A DNA stretch of 64,000 nt. It comes from Owenia fusiformis (lineage: Eukaryota). Made by a program: the position numbers and the translations under genes. Shown here in pieces: positions 48,245 through 61,432 of this stretch (the first letter of the stretch is position 1; the number at the start of each line of letters is the position of its first letter). The stretch spans positions 20,894,001 through 20,958,000 of the forward strand of contig CAIIXF020000001.1 of NCBI GenBank assembly GCA_903813345.2, given 5' to 3'. The notes beneath the pieces are model-generated. The model ran no database searches. It saw only the letters and a list, made by a program, of their open reading frames with translations, and was not told the DNA's origin.

Positions 48245-49113
48245 CATTAAACTTTTTTTTGGACCTCCAATTCTGCCCGCCTAGTTGTTTTTATGTCGTT
48301 TTGTTCCAATGAGGTTCGGAAAGATGTTTCATTTCACTCTGGAAACATGATACCAAGAACAAAACAAGTGTCTGATGTGTTTTTTAAAACAATGTAGATG
48401 AAAGTATGTACCGTATATCTATTTCAAATCAAAAGATGGCCATTAAATTGACAATTTGTAAGATTTTCAGAAATTTTTGATGACTGGTTTAAGAGAAACG
48501 TGTGTTCAAAAAGTTCGCCATATCGATGCCCATTCTTTGCAGTTTTTGACACTTCATGGTGTGTAAACTCGCTTTATGCTTATAGTTTCTTGTCGGACAT
48601 GATAGCTTGAATTGCTTTTCATTTCAATCATTTGATTACGATTATTATCAACATGTAATTTGTTCTCCTGCATCAACATGTGTAACCGCCATCCCAAGTA
48701 CTATTGCAATCATCTCCTAAAGATTACACCACTTTGTTCTGTAAGGATTACTTTTTGTTTATTTTTAGAACGAATGATTCTATTTTGGCTACGAAGAAAC
48801 AGATCTAAAGAAGCAACTGATGGTGTAAAGTGTTAAATGCCGAGCCATGTTGCCAAATATACTCATAAAGTTGCTTATTTTTAACACTGACAGCCTCGCC
48901 ATGAAATTGCTTCATATCAAAACAGGCCTACCCATAAATGTTGTACCACCCTCGTTCAGATGAGAACAAGTTTGCTATATTCATCTTTTCGAAATTAGTG
49001 ATTTTGGTTTTTTGCTTGTTGTTAGTGTCCAAAATAGAAGTAAATATTGGAGATTTTCATAAATCAAACCGAATCTTAGCTACAGCTAAATAGTCGCATA
49101 AATAGGGAGGTTA

Positions 49114-49526
49114 GGGGAGGCATCAAAAGATCAATGTCTGATAGAAAACTAAATAAATCTAGTTTGGGGGGAGGGGGTCAAAGCTATTTCAGTTTGCTAT
49201 CCGACAAATTTCAACATTTAAATTTTTCGCAATTTCGACTCGAAATGCCTTGGAATGGTTTAAAAATAAAGACTTTACCAGATGCCTTCTTCACCAAGAT
49301 GCATGCAACATGGAATATTATGCCTATTGTTGTTGGCACATGTTTTAAGAATCATAAATAAGTTATAGTACTGGCCCCATGAAAGTCCAAATTGAGTCGC
49401 TAAAACATGTGAAAAGTGTGCGATCAACTTTCATTGTATTTATATTTGAGGGGGAGGGGGGGGTGTCCAACTCAAAACTAGATATATTTAGTTTCCTATC
49501 AGACATTGAACTTTTGATGCCTCCCC
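49114..49526. mobile_element. PIF/Harbinger-type MITE, 413 bp
   Basis: TTA TSD (49111-49113, 49527-49529); about 50-bp TIR ggggaggcatcaaaagatcaatgtctgatag / ctatcagacattgaacttttgatgcctcccc. Confidence 0.9.
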
Positions 49527-52500
49527 TTAGATACACGTATTTTAACTTGTACGTGAACGTGTAAAAATAGTATAAGGAAAATAATTGTATATACATGTAG
49601 GTCCTTGGAAAAGTGAATTGAGAGCGGGAAAGTAGTCCCCGGGGGTCGAAATATTACACCCTCACGTACAGATTCTCTTAAAACGCTTATTGAGTTGAGT
49701 CACCCCTCATTTGACATGACAAACATACACAATAACAGCTTTAATTTGTAGCCATTCTTAGTTTCTCATTTTAACAGTAGTTAGTTTATCACATGACTGT
49801 GTCCTTTTAGTACCTCCTTTAGTCAAGTCTCGTACTTAACAGGCACATCATAAACATGCACTGTCATCAAATACTTGAGAAAATGGAAAATAAAACAATG
49901 CGAAAATGAGATAAGTGAAATAAGGTAACATTAGCATGTTAACTAAGTTCTTGTATTGATCGGATCTTTCCATGTATTGCAAAACATCTTATTGGTAGCA
50001 AACAAGCCAATGCTTTTTTCTTGTAAATTCTTATGGTATTTTTTTTATGAGAAGAGCTTAGACAATCAGTGGTAAATCCAATATTGGTTGTTTACGGGTG
50101 ATGGTTTTATTTGGCAATGTTAATGGAAATATTTTTGCACTTCCCTTAAAAGATTTGGCAATCGTAACTATAGCGTCATAATACATGTTTATTGTTTGTG
50201 TTTGAATCTTAGTTTGTTTCTTACCTAAAATCGCTAAACATGCACAAAGTATGGACGAACAACGATTGTCCAAAAGAGGCCCTTCTGTTGCCAAAATTTT
50301 GGAAGGAAGTGCACCACCATTAGGTCCAAGTTTAATAAATAGCGTTGGAGAATAATTACATATAAAAATCCCACTAATTGACAGTTTGTCGATTGATGCC
50401 CAGCATTTGATTGACAGTAGCCCGGACAGCCGATGTCACCCATAATCTGGAAAACATCCGCTAGTTCGATACCATTCGCATTCAGTTAATACCACATAGA
50501 TAGAATTAAATTGGTATTGGCAATTACGCCAAACGAAAATACCACCGACCACACATTATTCTTCCAATTAGTCTTATGAGGCAATGAACTAGCAAGTAAC
50601 ATGTCTTTCGTGTCAACAAAATTACATTAAATATATATCAGAATTGCCGAGCTGGAAGATAAGGTTAGTTACTTATTCCACTATCGATTGATTGTTCGCT
50701 CAGCAGGGGGTGTAATAATTGGAGTATTAATATGATAAGAAAATCCTCCAACTCCAATTTTACTTTCCTTCCAAGTGTTCGAGTCAACAAGCTGTGTAGA
50801 GTGCTATTACATTTGATGATAAGTGTTCATTCTCGATTTCCAGTCCCTCTCTTATCTAGCTATAGTACAGCGTGACCGAATAGTATTTTATTGTGGCCGA
50901 GTTGCATCGATTAAGGAAGATAGCTGGTCAGTTTTTGAGACATAAGAAACCGCTAAACATTCAGGCAAACTATATGGGCTTAGACCTTTATATGTTTTAC
51001 TGTTAGATATGGATAAAGCATAACTGGCAAAAACCTAGACCCATCGCTCATAATTCAAAATAGGATGAACGATTCCCAAGCTATTTAAACAATAAAGTGA
51101 CTCCAAAAACATCCTACAAAATGCAGTTGTATTTTCCGCATTGTTCTCATCAACATGAGTGATAATACGGATATCAAATACCAGCAAAGTGACCTCGGTA
51201 TAATGCATCAATGTCCAATATAATAGATTAATAGATTCCTTGTAGCTGACATCAAAACAACAACAGACAAACAAGAATCTCGCATAATGATGAACCTGCA
51301 ACTGCATACGGGTTGTGATTTATCTGGAATTATACATTGAGTTCTCTTTATATTGAGTTTATGGATTGTACGAAGTACATTATTCAAAGTTCAAACCATC
51401 TTTGACTTCCAATCGTATTTAGCAACTGAAATCTCGTGAATCAAGATGAGTTCAAGCCTTATTTTTAACGTTCAGTTTTAAAAACGAAAAGATAATTCTC
51501 AGTTTTGATCTAGTCGATCTATTAATTTTTTCATCAGCGATGCTTTCCTTGCAACCTGTTTAGTGAAAAAAACTAGTGACGAAAGTCGTGCAAAGGAAGC
51601 ATTAAAGAAACTAATCAAGCGTTCGTGAGGTCAAACAACTTGACAAGTGACGTCTATAACTTGAGTAGAAGCCATTGCCAAGGCTGTCCTGTTGAGGAAT
51701 TGTGAGCCAATGAATTAATAGAAATACAGCAAAAAGGAAAAATCATTTATAAGTGACGTAACCACTGGTTAGGTGGTGAATAAAGATCGACTTTAACGCA
51801 GATCTTACATCATCGTCAAAATCATCGATTCGCAAGAGAAGTGATTGAAAAAGTAATTACATCCGAGCAAGTTGTTGCATTTGCATTTATTCCAATAAAT
51901 TCAACATTGACACACAATTGATCACTTACATCTTAAATCAAGTTATCAAAATTGAATTTAGTCGCAAATGTTAACCTTTTCAATACATCGGTGAAAACAG
52001 CCAACATGTCCCGCTTATGTATTCTTCTCAGCTCATAGTCTGGGCATAGTCTTGATTCAAGTGGATAATGGGGTCCAGGGTCTTGCTGCAAGACTGGGGT
52101 TGGCAAGAGTTTTGCACCCTTTTATTTTACTATGTATTATTTGAAAAAGGTTTTAGCAAAGTGCAAAATCCAGGCGGTACCAACCTACTAATAAAAAAAC
52201 AACTTAGATTTATGATCTCATTAAGTTCTCGTTCTCAGAAATTTTGAATTCATTTGAAAAGGGTCAAACAGATAGACTCAAAATGATTTAAGTTAAATGT
52301 TAGTATTCGTGTACTAAATAAAATGTAAAAAATATTTTGATACCTGAATTTGATAATTTAGGGAAAATAATTGTTGACATTAGGGCCCCTGGGGAACCAC
52401 TTGAGACTATTATGAACCACTGGGCCCCCTAGAGTACTCTAGAGGGCCCATTGGTTCGGAGAGATAACTATAACATGAAGAGATTTTTGATCAAATGATG

Positions 52501-53949
52501 TGGTAAAAAATAGAAAGCAAAAAGAAAAACCCGGTGTCAGGCATACCATCCTCAAAGGCAGGATTTAAAGAATATTTTTATTATCGTTCCAAGGAACAGG
52601 CAAGAACGTGTAACGATTGGATCATGTGTTCTGAGGAAACAAGCCAGCCTAATTGGATTTTTCAGATACCAACAACTTATGTCGCTGTGTTGAGTGCTTC
52701 ATTCTCTCAATCATGAAATATCTTGATTAATCGAGGTGCAATTTCCCCTTGTTTATGTCCCCTTATTTTTCATTAGATAACACACTCTTATTGCTTTCCT
52801 CCAATATAATACAGTTTTAATTGTAAGGTAATGAACTATTGGAAATAATTATTTGATTTCAAAGCTTGTTTAAATAGCGAATGGCGTTTACGACGTCAGT
52901 TGGTAAGCACGATTTGGAAAATCTTACTTTAACTATGGATTTAAAGATCAGGTTATCGACAGTAGATGAATAGTCCTATTCGCGTTAGGAAATTACTGGT
53001 CATTAACATAAATATTTCCCGCAATGCAACACGATAACATGGACAATTTTCTATTGGTCCGCAAAACACAACGTCATAGGCATTATCCCGATCCAACATT
53101 AGTACATATGTATAATAATATTCTATAATCCAGACAATAATTAGAAAAGAAGATGGAAATTCAATTTGCTTCGATTGTTTTTTCTATGGCGTCTGAGCAA
53201 GTTCCGGGAACTGAGCAACTTCTGGGAAATCTGTGACGTCACTTGAATTTTAAACTTAGGATTTTGACGATTCTGGTGAATATATTTTTTAAAAACTTGT
53301 CAAATGTCTTTATAATGATCATATCTATCGTATGTGCAAATATAATTCATGATAAACCTCTAATAAAGTCACAATGCGTCATTGAAAAACACGGCCAATG
53401 TTATTCCAATGGGAAAGTGCCCGGATGTTGAGAAAGTTGTACCACGAAACTGAACTCTCCAACGCGGAGATAAGAATATTTCGCACGTTAAAAGTTAGCG
53501 CGTATAGGTATATTAGTCTATCATGTTATTAATTTTCTCAGAAAGAGTTACAAAGATTGCTTATTAGGAGGACCGGTGTATAATTATCAAAGACTCTGAA
53601 ACAATATATTATCCATAGCAACATCCGCAAGGGGATTGTTTTCGTTATTTTCTAAAGTTCAAATTACAAACTATTACCCAATATTTTACGATGTGAAAAA
53701 CAATCAAAGACAAGACCGCGACATTCTGATTTATCAGAGTCTCTCTTTATTTAAAAGCTTGTGGAGATGGATAGTAGAGACTGTAGCTCCCATAATGCGA
53801 CTGCGACATATCATCATAACTCATATAGCAAAATTTAGCGAAAAGTGTCGTCATGGGGGCTCAGGCTTTTTGTTCAATATCAATATCTCAAAAACAGATC
53901 ATAACCTTTTTCTGTTTTCGCTCGACGTCAGGTGACAAAAGATTTATGC

Positions 53950-54890
53950 ACATTAGTGTTTGTGGGCATTTACGATAATTGGTATTTTTAAAGTCTATGA
54001 ATTCTGCTATTCTACCACATCCTGTGCCATGTGTATTGATATCGACGACATTATACGCGTGCTATCGTGGTGTCAACACAACTTTACCATGACCATGCGA
54101 TATATATTGAAAATATTGCTTATTATTTCTTAAAAACAGCTTTAATGGTGATTTTTAGACAAAAATCAAATTTTGCTATGGAAACTCGGACAACATAACA
54201 AATTATGCATCAAGTCCGTCGACAATTTCTAACTAGTTAACAAATCATTTACTCATTAAAAATAACACGTTTTATAATGTCCATATGTTTAGTATCCTCC
54301 AACACATGCTCAGCATACTCAATTTACTAACAAATTAAATATAATTGAGAATTGATGAAATCTTAATGTTTGGAGGATACAAAATATTGAAAAGCAAAAT
54401 CTAAATCCACAACAAAATTTAACAATATTTTATCTGAAGGCTCATTGTCTGTCATTTAAGAGGTAACCAATGTGTTGGAGGATACAAAATATTAGATGAA
54501 TGGTATATGTATAGAAAAGTATTTCATTACATGGGTAACACAAATCCAACATGGCCCTTTTAAGAGCTGATGTCAAACATATTTTTTATGTAGTTTGACT
54601 ATCAACGCAATCGATTCTCTGTACATGCCATAATTCGGGTTTGTATCACCACAAACAAAACAAACTTTTTTTTTGACAAAAAATCATCATCTAAGCTGTT
54701 TTTGAGAAACAATAATCAGTATTTTCAGTATACATCGCATGATTAAGATAACCAGTTGTGGTGACATCAAAATAGCACACATTAAATGTGGTTGGTATCA
54801 ACACACACGACGCAGGCTTTAGTAGAACAACTGATTTTGAAAATATCATTATCATAAATGTGTCCTTGTGTGTTAATGTAAGAAGATTTT
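53950..54890. mobile_element. Old fold-back element with long degenerate inverted arms
   Basis: 54010-54177 aligns with reverse complement of about 54660-54828; inner IR gtatcctccaacacat / atgtgttggaggatac; weaker similarity may extend to about 53220-55100. Confidence 0.7.
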
Positions 54891-55739
54891 TTGGTGATTT
54901 TATTTCATAAAGTAAGACATAAATTCGCTAATTTCTAAAAAATATAAAACATGAATATGGTATTGGATTGTATTTATGTATGGTTGTTGATAAGACCTCA
55001 TATTTCGTTTGACCTGTCTAATAAAGTTTAGAAAAACTTGTATTTATGGCTAATGAACTGAAAATTGAAATTGCCGCTGATGACATCGCATCCCAGGATT
55101 TTATTCTGTGTTTTGATTGATTACCAATTCATTAACTTTCAAGTTTATTTCGATTCCAAACGAATGAGACAAGTTATCAGCTCTTGTTTTTTTTATTTCA
55201 TTTGTTTATTTTATCCACCATTTATGATGTGTTATACATTAATTTTTATATTAAAATCATAAATTAACATATACAGTGAGACATGTACTTTGGTAAACAT
55301 ATACAGTATACAGTGTGATATTATGTGATGCCAGGGTCTGGTTTATTTATGTACATTTTATGAATAAATACAGATATTTCTTTATACTGCTGTATATTAA
55401 ATACATCACTGGACCCAAACATCAGGTCCATAACATAAGGGTATCATTGGGGATATTCTGTGGTGTATTTAAAGCAATTTTAAGAATTCTCAGGATTACA
55501 GCCCTTTCCTCAATATGGCCAGGGCTTCTTAAAGAGATCGAGTCGTCCAGATTTCTATTCTGGACAATCAGTAATGTCCCAATATAATTGCTCATTAAAC
55601 ATCATACCTTAGATATATCTTGAGACCAAATCATAAGCACGATATCGACAGGATGTCAACAGGACAACCAAAAGAACAACCAACTGTCAGAATTGAACGA
55701 AATAAGTCGAAAACAGAATACAATGTTTTTGGGGGATTT

Positions 55740-56560
55740 ATCTATATTGTAACCCCTTAGAAGTAATGAATATGGCTTCTCTAAGCCAAAATAATCTGAA
55801 GGAAAAAGCCAACCAGACTGGAACAAATTTGAGCGGGCTTTTTAAATTTGAAATTGAATTAGATGTAAGTGGAAATTCATGGCTAGGAACAATCATCGAA
55901 TTGATACTGTTAACGAATCAATTCAAGCCTCATAATTGATAAGTTGATAAATAAACTTGTTTTACATCAAATAACACGAAAAAGTCAGGGGGTTACTCTA
56001 ATTGTGTTTTTAGGAGACCCGATCTCTTTAAGATCATGTGACTCAGAGTATCAGGTTCTAGGTTGCCTGAAGTTCTGCCATTTGTCCATTTGTTAACATT
56101 TATCATTATTTCCCTCTTCAATAACCAAATTAATTACGGTTCTTCAACACTTTAAGACTCTTGGGTTTGATTTTGCAATATGCCACCATATAATCATTCT
56201 GATACTTATAATGGGTTTAAAAACAAGTGATGCAATCCTAAACATATAAAGTTTTTTAATAGTATGCATTCCATTTGCCATTTTCGTATTTCAATTTGGT
56301 GCACTTTGTTTTTAACAATAGTTTTCCATTTTACTTCAGGTAATTCAAATTCATGAGACATTGTTGTCTGTCGGTTATGTCAACAGATTTTTCTTAGAAT
56401 TTATATTATCTAAAATCATTTTTTGTTGTTACATCAAATCTTAATTCGAAATCAAAATGTACTTTTTCATTCACCACCACATCCGCATATGGTGCCTTGA
56501 TCAGGATGTGAACCATATAACGAGTATTAACGTATACTATATAGATTCCCCCCCTTGCAC
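55740..56560 (-). mobile_element. Decayed LINE (CR1/L2 group) ORF2 C-terminal fragment
   Basis: Broken frames PEVKWKTIVKNKVHQIEIRKWQMEC and WWHIAKSNPRVLKC*RTVINLV resemble the post-RT region of invertebrate LINE ORF2; from memory only, boundaries approximate. Confidence 0.45.
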
Positions 56561-58492
56561 CTTATGTTGTGCATGTGATACCTGATCAGACCTAACACAA
56601 AGATGACTAACTCGATTCGATACATATGTATGCACTACTGAATCACCCTATTGAACGCTTTTTAGTTCAGATAAGGACATTCGACTCCATATTGACATTA
56701 CATTAAAAGGGTCGTAAATTCTTCGAAAAAGCGCTAATTCAATAAGCGTATTTAATTTATAGGTAGGTGGGTATCGAAATGTCAAATCAAAACAAAAGGT
56801 TGTATATCGATTACGTAGTGACATTTAGATAGACTTCCCGAAACAGCGAGCAGCCAGAAATTACCACATAATGGTAAAAATTGACGGTTTTTATTTTTCC
56901 AATTATTTACTTCTAATCCTTCCATGGCTTAGTTAATAAATCGAATCTGCGCCTTATCTGCTACCGGTGGCGTCTTTTTCGCGATATTACAGCAATTTTT
57001 GTTTTCATCTTAAAAGTAGATTACTTCCGTCAACGGCCGTATATCTTGATTATATCAATTACCATCCCTGGGATTTTATAAGGGGCCAATCATTTGAATT
57101 TGCGAGTAGGCGAACTCGCTTTGTTACTTGTTAACTTCAACTACAGCAATATTTTCTGAAATAATTGGACTCAATTTATATTGCCCTATTATCTTTCGTA
57201 TAAAACTCATTTTTGTTTCTTATTTAACAGTAATTAAGATCTCCAGAATGCCAAACATAATTTTTTGTCTTACTCAATCTTAATAATTATCTTTTTCTTT
57301 ATTGCCCAGATTTTTTCTCAACATGTTTCGACCCTCGGGAACTTCTAATATCGCTTTGTACTGACACTTTATGAGAACAATTTCACGGTCGGTTTTATTT
57401 ATTAACCCGTCGTGATACCAGGGTCCCGAACGTCGTCGATATTCACTTTCGGGTATTGAAAACATTTCAAAATGTACAGCGAAGCGTTGAATGGATTCAA
57501 ATGTCAGGAATGAGAAAGTAGTTTTTCTATTTTAATTCCTAAGATGTTCCTCATTATGGCAGTCTACCTAGAGACGCGATCCATCAAGTTGCATATTTAT
57601 TCCACAAGGTCTGTTTATTGGTAAGGCCATTGCCAGGTTCTTAATGTCAGTGCAACCAATTCATCAAAATAATGCACCAAGGCGTACACCTTCCTCGTCT
57701 ATCTTCTCACCAATTGCAATTCATACACCTGTATATTGTGTTTAACCTAAACTTCTGACCACCTTACTGCGCACTTAACCGAATTTAACCGAAAGGCTGT
57801 CAATCATTTTTTCGGGAGTGGTAATACTATGAATACAGGCCAGATTGATGTAATCATGAAAGTGGAAATGAGTAAAAGGAGAGTCCTGGATTTGTCCATC
57901 ATAGTAAACAATGACATCTTATTTTGTAAGACGGAAGGAACGTAGTGGATGCTGTCTGGAGCCCTGCGTTCGGAGGATAATAAGAAGCAGATTTATCGCC
58001 AAACAATACGGGCGGTTATGCTGCCCGTCAACCTCAAACAATACCATAATTCCAAATTCCCAAGGGGATCAGCAGGTTAACTTGATAAAGGATGGGCTAA
58101 TTGAATACTGTCTGTTTCTAGCGTCGGGATCACTGTCATCTTTGCGGCTTAATTTTAATCAAGGCTTGGTTGAACACAAGATCTATGGGCGATTAAACGA
58201 GAGAATATCAATGGGCAGTTTAATTAGAGCGTTCGTCTCGGTGTCTGACAAAGTGAATGACACAAGATTTAGTATTTTAGAAACATTGTTTAAATGCTAA
58301 TTGAAGTCGAGATTTCTTAAATGAGAATTACGATGAATATTCCATCGGGACTATATTAACAACGGGTTGCTCAAATTGCAATTAGAATAAAGCGGTGCTA
58401 CATCTCAATCAAATGTTTTGAAAATACTACATTCAATTGGTTTTGACAGGTCAGTCCAAACTAAGAATAACATCACATCCTTAGAGTGTATG

Positions 58493-58797
58493 CAAGGAGG
58501 ATTGGCTCCCAGGATCGAAACTCGATATTTTCCAACAATGAAAACGTCGAAATGTCGTTATTTTCTGAAATTAAAACCGACTATAAATTCAAAATAAACA
58601 GTTCAAAAGATTCGAACCAATATCTCGATCATTTCTTGTGAGTTTTGGAATTTTTCGTTTGGAAATAAGACCAAAATTCACGATTTAAATGTTGAAGTGA
58701 ACAAAATGGCGGCTGTTTGAATTCGAATTTTGTATTACGACATACCCATATATGGGACAGAATATCGGTGGTGCACTCTGGGAGCCAATCCTCCTTG
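58493..58797. mobile_element. 305-bp MITE with 9-bp TSD
   Basis: Perfect 20-bp TIR caaggaggattggctcccag / ctgggagccaatcctccttg; perfect TSD gagtgtatg (58484-58492, 58798-58806). Confidence 0.92.
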
Positions 58798-58863
58798 GAG
58801 TGTATGCTAGCCTCATGCCCATTTATCAAAACGTTTTGAGATATTTCATTTAATAATACCTAC

Positions 58864-59128
58864 CAAGCTCGTCGATGTGATCAGACATAGCCAGTGAGAC
58901 GGTGACCAGCACCACAGACATGATGAACATGATAGCCGCGATGACCGTGACGATGTACACAGCTTTCTTCCGACGTTCTTTCTCCTTGTCCATTTCCAAA
59001 TTGGAAAGCACGCACATCTTCTCCCCTCTATTGTGGTTGTAAAGTTGTTGTACTGGTTCTTCAGCTGTAATCTCTGTAATGTCAATGGAAAGAATTTCGA
59101 TCGCTTCGTCATGATCGAATGAGGTCAT
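58864..59128 (-). CDS. First coding exon of an uncharacterised small single-pass (type II-like) membrane protein
   Basis: MTSFDHDEAIEIL...EKERRKKAVYIVTVIAAIMFIMSVVLVTVSLAMSDHIDEL then donor G|GTAGGT at 58863; GC-richer coding-like composition; basic cluster before a hydrophobic helix. Confidence 0.75.
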
Positions 59129-60138
59129 GTCTCTGGGAAATTGATGATGACCCAAAACGTTTCTTGTCTAAGGTGAACATTGGTATATCATGAAATGTTC
59201 CTAAGCCTGGATTGTTTTTTTTTGTACCTTTGACACAGTTCAGTGGTTGTTTTAATGTACAAATTAATCCTTGGTGTAAGTGAACTCCTTAAGAACTGTC
59301 TGAGAAAACAATTCTCAGCCCCTCCGTCATTTCAGCTTCAATAATTATGATCAACGCGATCATTTATTCCTGTTACTAAGGTGATGCTATGGTTACGGAG
59401 CAGGTCCGAGGTAGATAAGAAGGAGTAGGCGAGCGTCACGGCTGATTAGATGGTACACCGCTATTCATCATGTATCGTATATGGTTTATGTAGACGTTCT
59501 CTTTGAGTTATCTGACTTTGTCGATTTGAAAGATAGAATAAGTAGCTCTTTTAGGTATATCCGACAGGCCTAACATCCAATCTCAATTTGTCCACGATAC
59601 CCAACTTCTTGCCTGACGTCAAAGCTGTAACCACTGCTGCAACATTGAAAGCAATTGAATTATTGAATGAATAAGAACTGTTATTCCGTTATTCCGTCAG
59701 TTTAGTCTAAACAAGAAGAACTGATCTATGTTTCTTCTAGTGGAATGAAAATACCCAACCCAGTGCTATGTTTACCCAATCTGCAATCTTCGATCTATGA
59801 CTAATATTTGGAGAAGCTTGGAAAAAATCATTTTGCAAATATTCAGATTTCACGTCCATTGATTTATTTACCTGTGTTATATACGGACTGGGATTATTAC
59901 CGTATTTTACTTGATTATTATTTCACATTATATCTAGTGTCTCTGTGAAAAATACATGGGACTAAATAAAATGAATTGGAGTATAGGCATTAAATAAGGT
60001 CGAAAAGGTACCATGGGAATTGGTGGCAACACTAACCAATCTATAATATGTTCAAAACAGGTCCTTATTGAGAGGTTTATGTTAATGCAGAGTTTATTAT
60101 AAGACCAGGCCGTTGAAGTATTATAGATACACCAATCA

Positions 60139-61432
60139 CACGGTGTATAACCCAAACGCTCCTACATGCACGACGGAGCGTAACATTTACGCGGAAACGC
60201 TCCGGAGCGAAATAAAATGGCGGCTAATGAAGATTCCACTATGACCGTAAGTATTGTTTCTCTCGTTTCTCTTACATATCATATGTTATGGTGAAATATT
60301 ATGTACCATTCGATGAACAATACCGTGAGCAAAGATCTTATTTATTCAACTTCTGGTGGTAAACTGTTATTTGCTTGATCAAAGTTCCGTAGTGTAGATC
60401 GAACGAATCTGAAGATGACGTTTTGACCACAAATTACGAATTAAACCAGTATTTCTATGAAAACGTTAATCTTTCTGTTAAAGTAGTAGATCACAAACTC
60501 GTATATTCTCATTTCCTAAAATCCCAGTCCAAATCCATTACTTGTTCTCGAGAAATCGCTTGTTTTCCTCGAAACGCTCCGTCGATTTAGAACACAATTT
60601 TAGAAACGCTCTTACCATTTTGTTTTGATATCATTTTCAGATTATTAGAGAAGAGTCCCGAATCGAATCTATCTCTTAAAAACGTGTTGTACTTGTTAGG
60701 CAAATTGAAACATCTGAACCTGGTGGTGCTAAACGTGCAACTAGCTGATTTAACCATATACATTAGATGATGTCATGCCTACATATGTGCTAAATCATAA
60801 AACTATAGAAAAAAACGAAAATTTATATGTGAATTAATCTTTCTTCTATTGATGCCAAGGGGTATAATAGATCTTTTCTTTCTCTTCCTGAAAAGGAAAG
60901 GCAAGCTATATATTTTCTAAACTGATCTAGACTACCGGAGCGTTTCCAGTTCACTGTGTTAATCAGATCGGAGCGTTTCTTGAATATGAGAATGTCATCA
61001 TTTTTAAGACTGGATTTTCGGTCATCAAATCACTATTACGATAATGCATGGTGCGTTGAAGCATTGGAATTTGACTAAAATATACGTTGGAGCTCTAATC
61101 TTGGCTCAACTAATCAGATGTATCCACAAAAGGGGTTTTGACCGGTAGAATGACAAATACGTTTTTGAATTTTGATAACTATACTGCTTCGTATAGGTCT
61201 TCCTAATTGCTTCAAATGTCAACAGCCAGTCACGTACAACATGAATATCACACCCATCGAATGGTACACTCGAAATATGTAACTCATGCCTCTTATTCCC
61301 ATTATTGGGGAAATCGTCAGACGGCTCATCATTCCCGCCAGCCAGTTTTCCTAATCCGGAGCGTTTCTTTGTTTAATTTCAGTAATGAAACGCTCCGTCG
61401 TGCATGTAGGAGCGTTTGGGTTATACACCGTG
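60139..61432. mobile_element. Non-autonomous CAC...GTG element (CMC/Chapaev/Transib-like termini), 1294 bp
   Basis: Perfect 43-bp TIR cacggtgtataacccaaacgctcctacatgcacgacggagcgt; about ten aaacgctcc/ggagcgttt motifs along the body; no TSD match in flanks. Confidence 0.88.

Noticed and set aside
50234..50450. Acceptor-like gttttccAG before a 69-aa minus ORF, as an alternative exon of the microprotein
   Set aside because: In the required phase it stops after three codons; no other support.
57911..58300. 129-aa plus-strand ORF
   Set aside because: No recognisable motif or splice context; lies antisense within the predicted intron.
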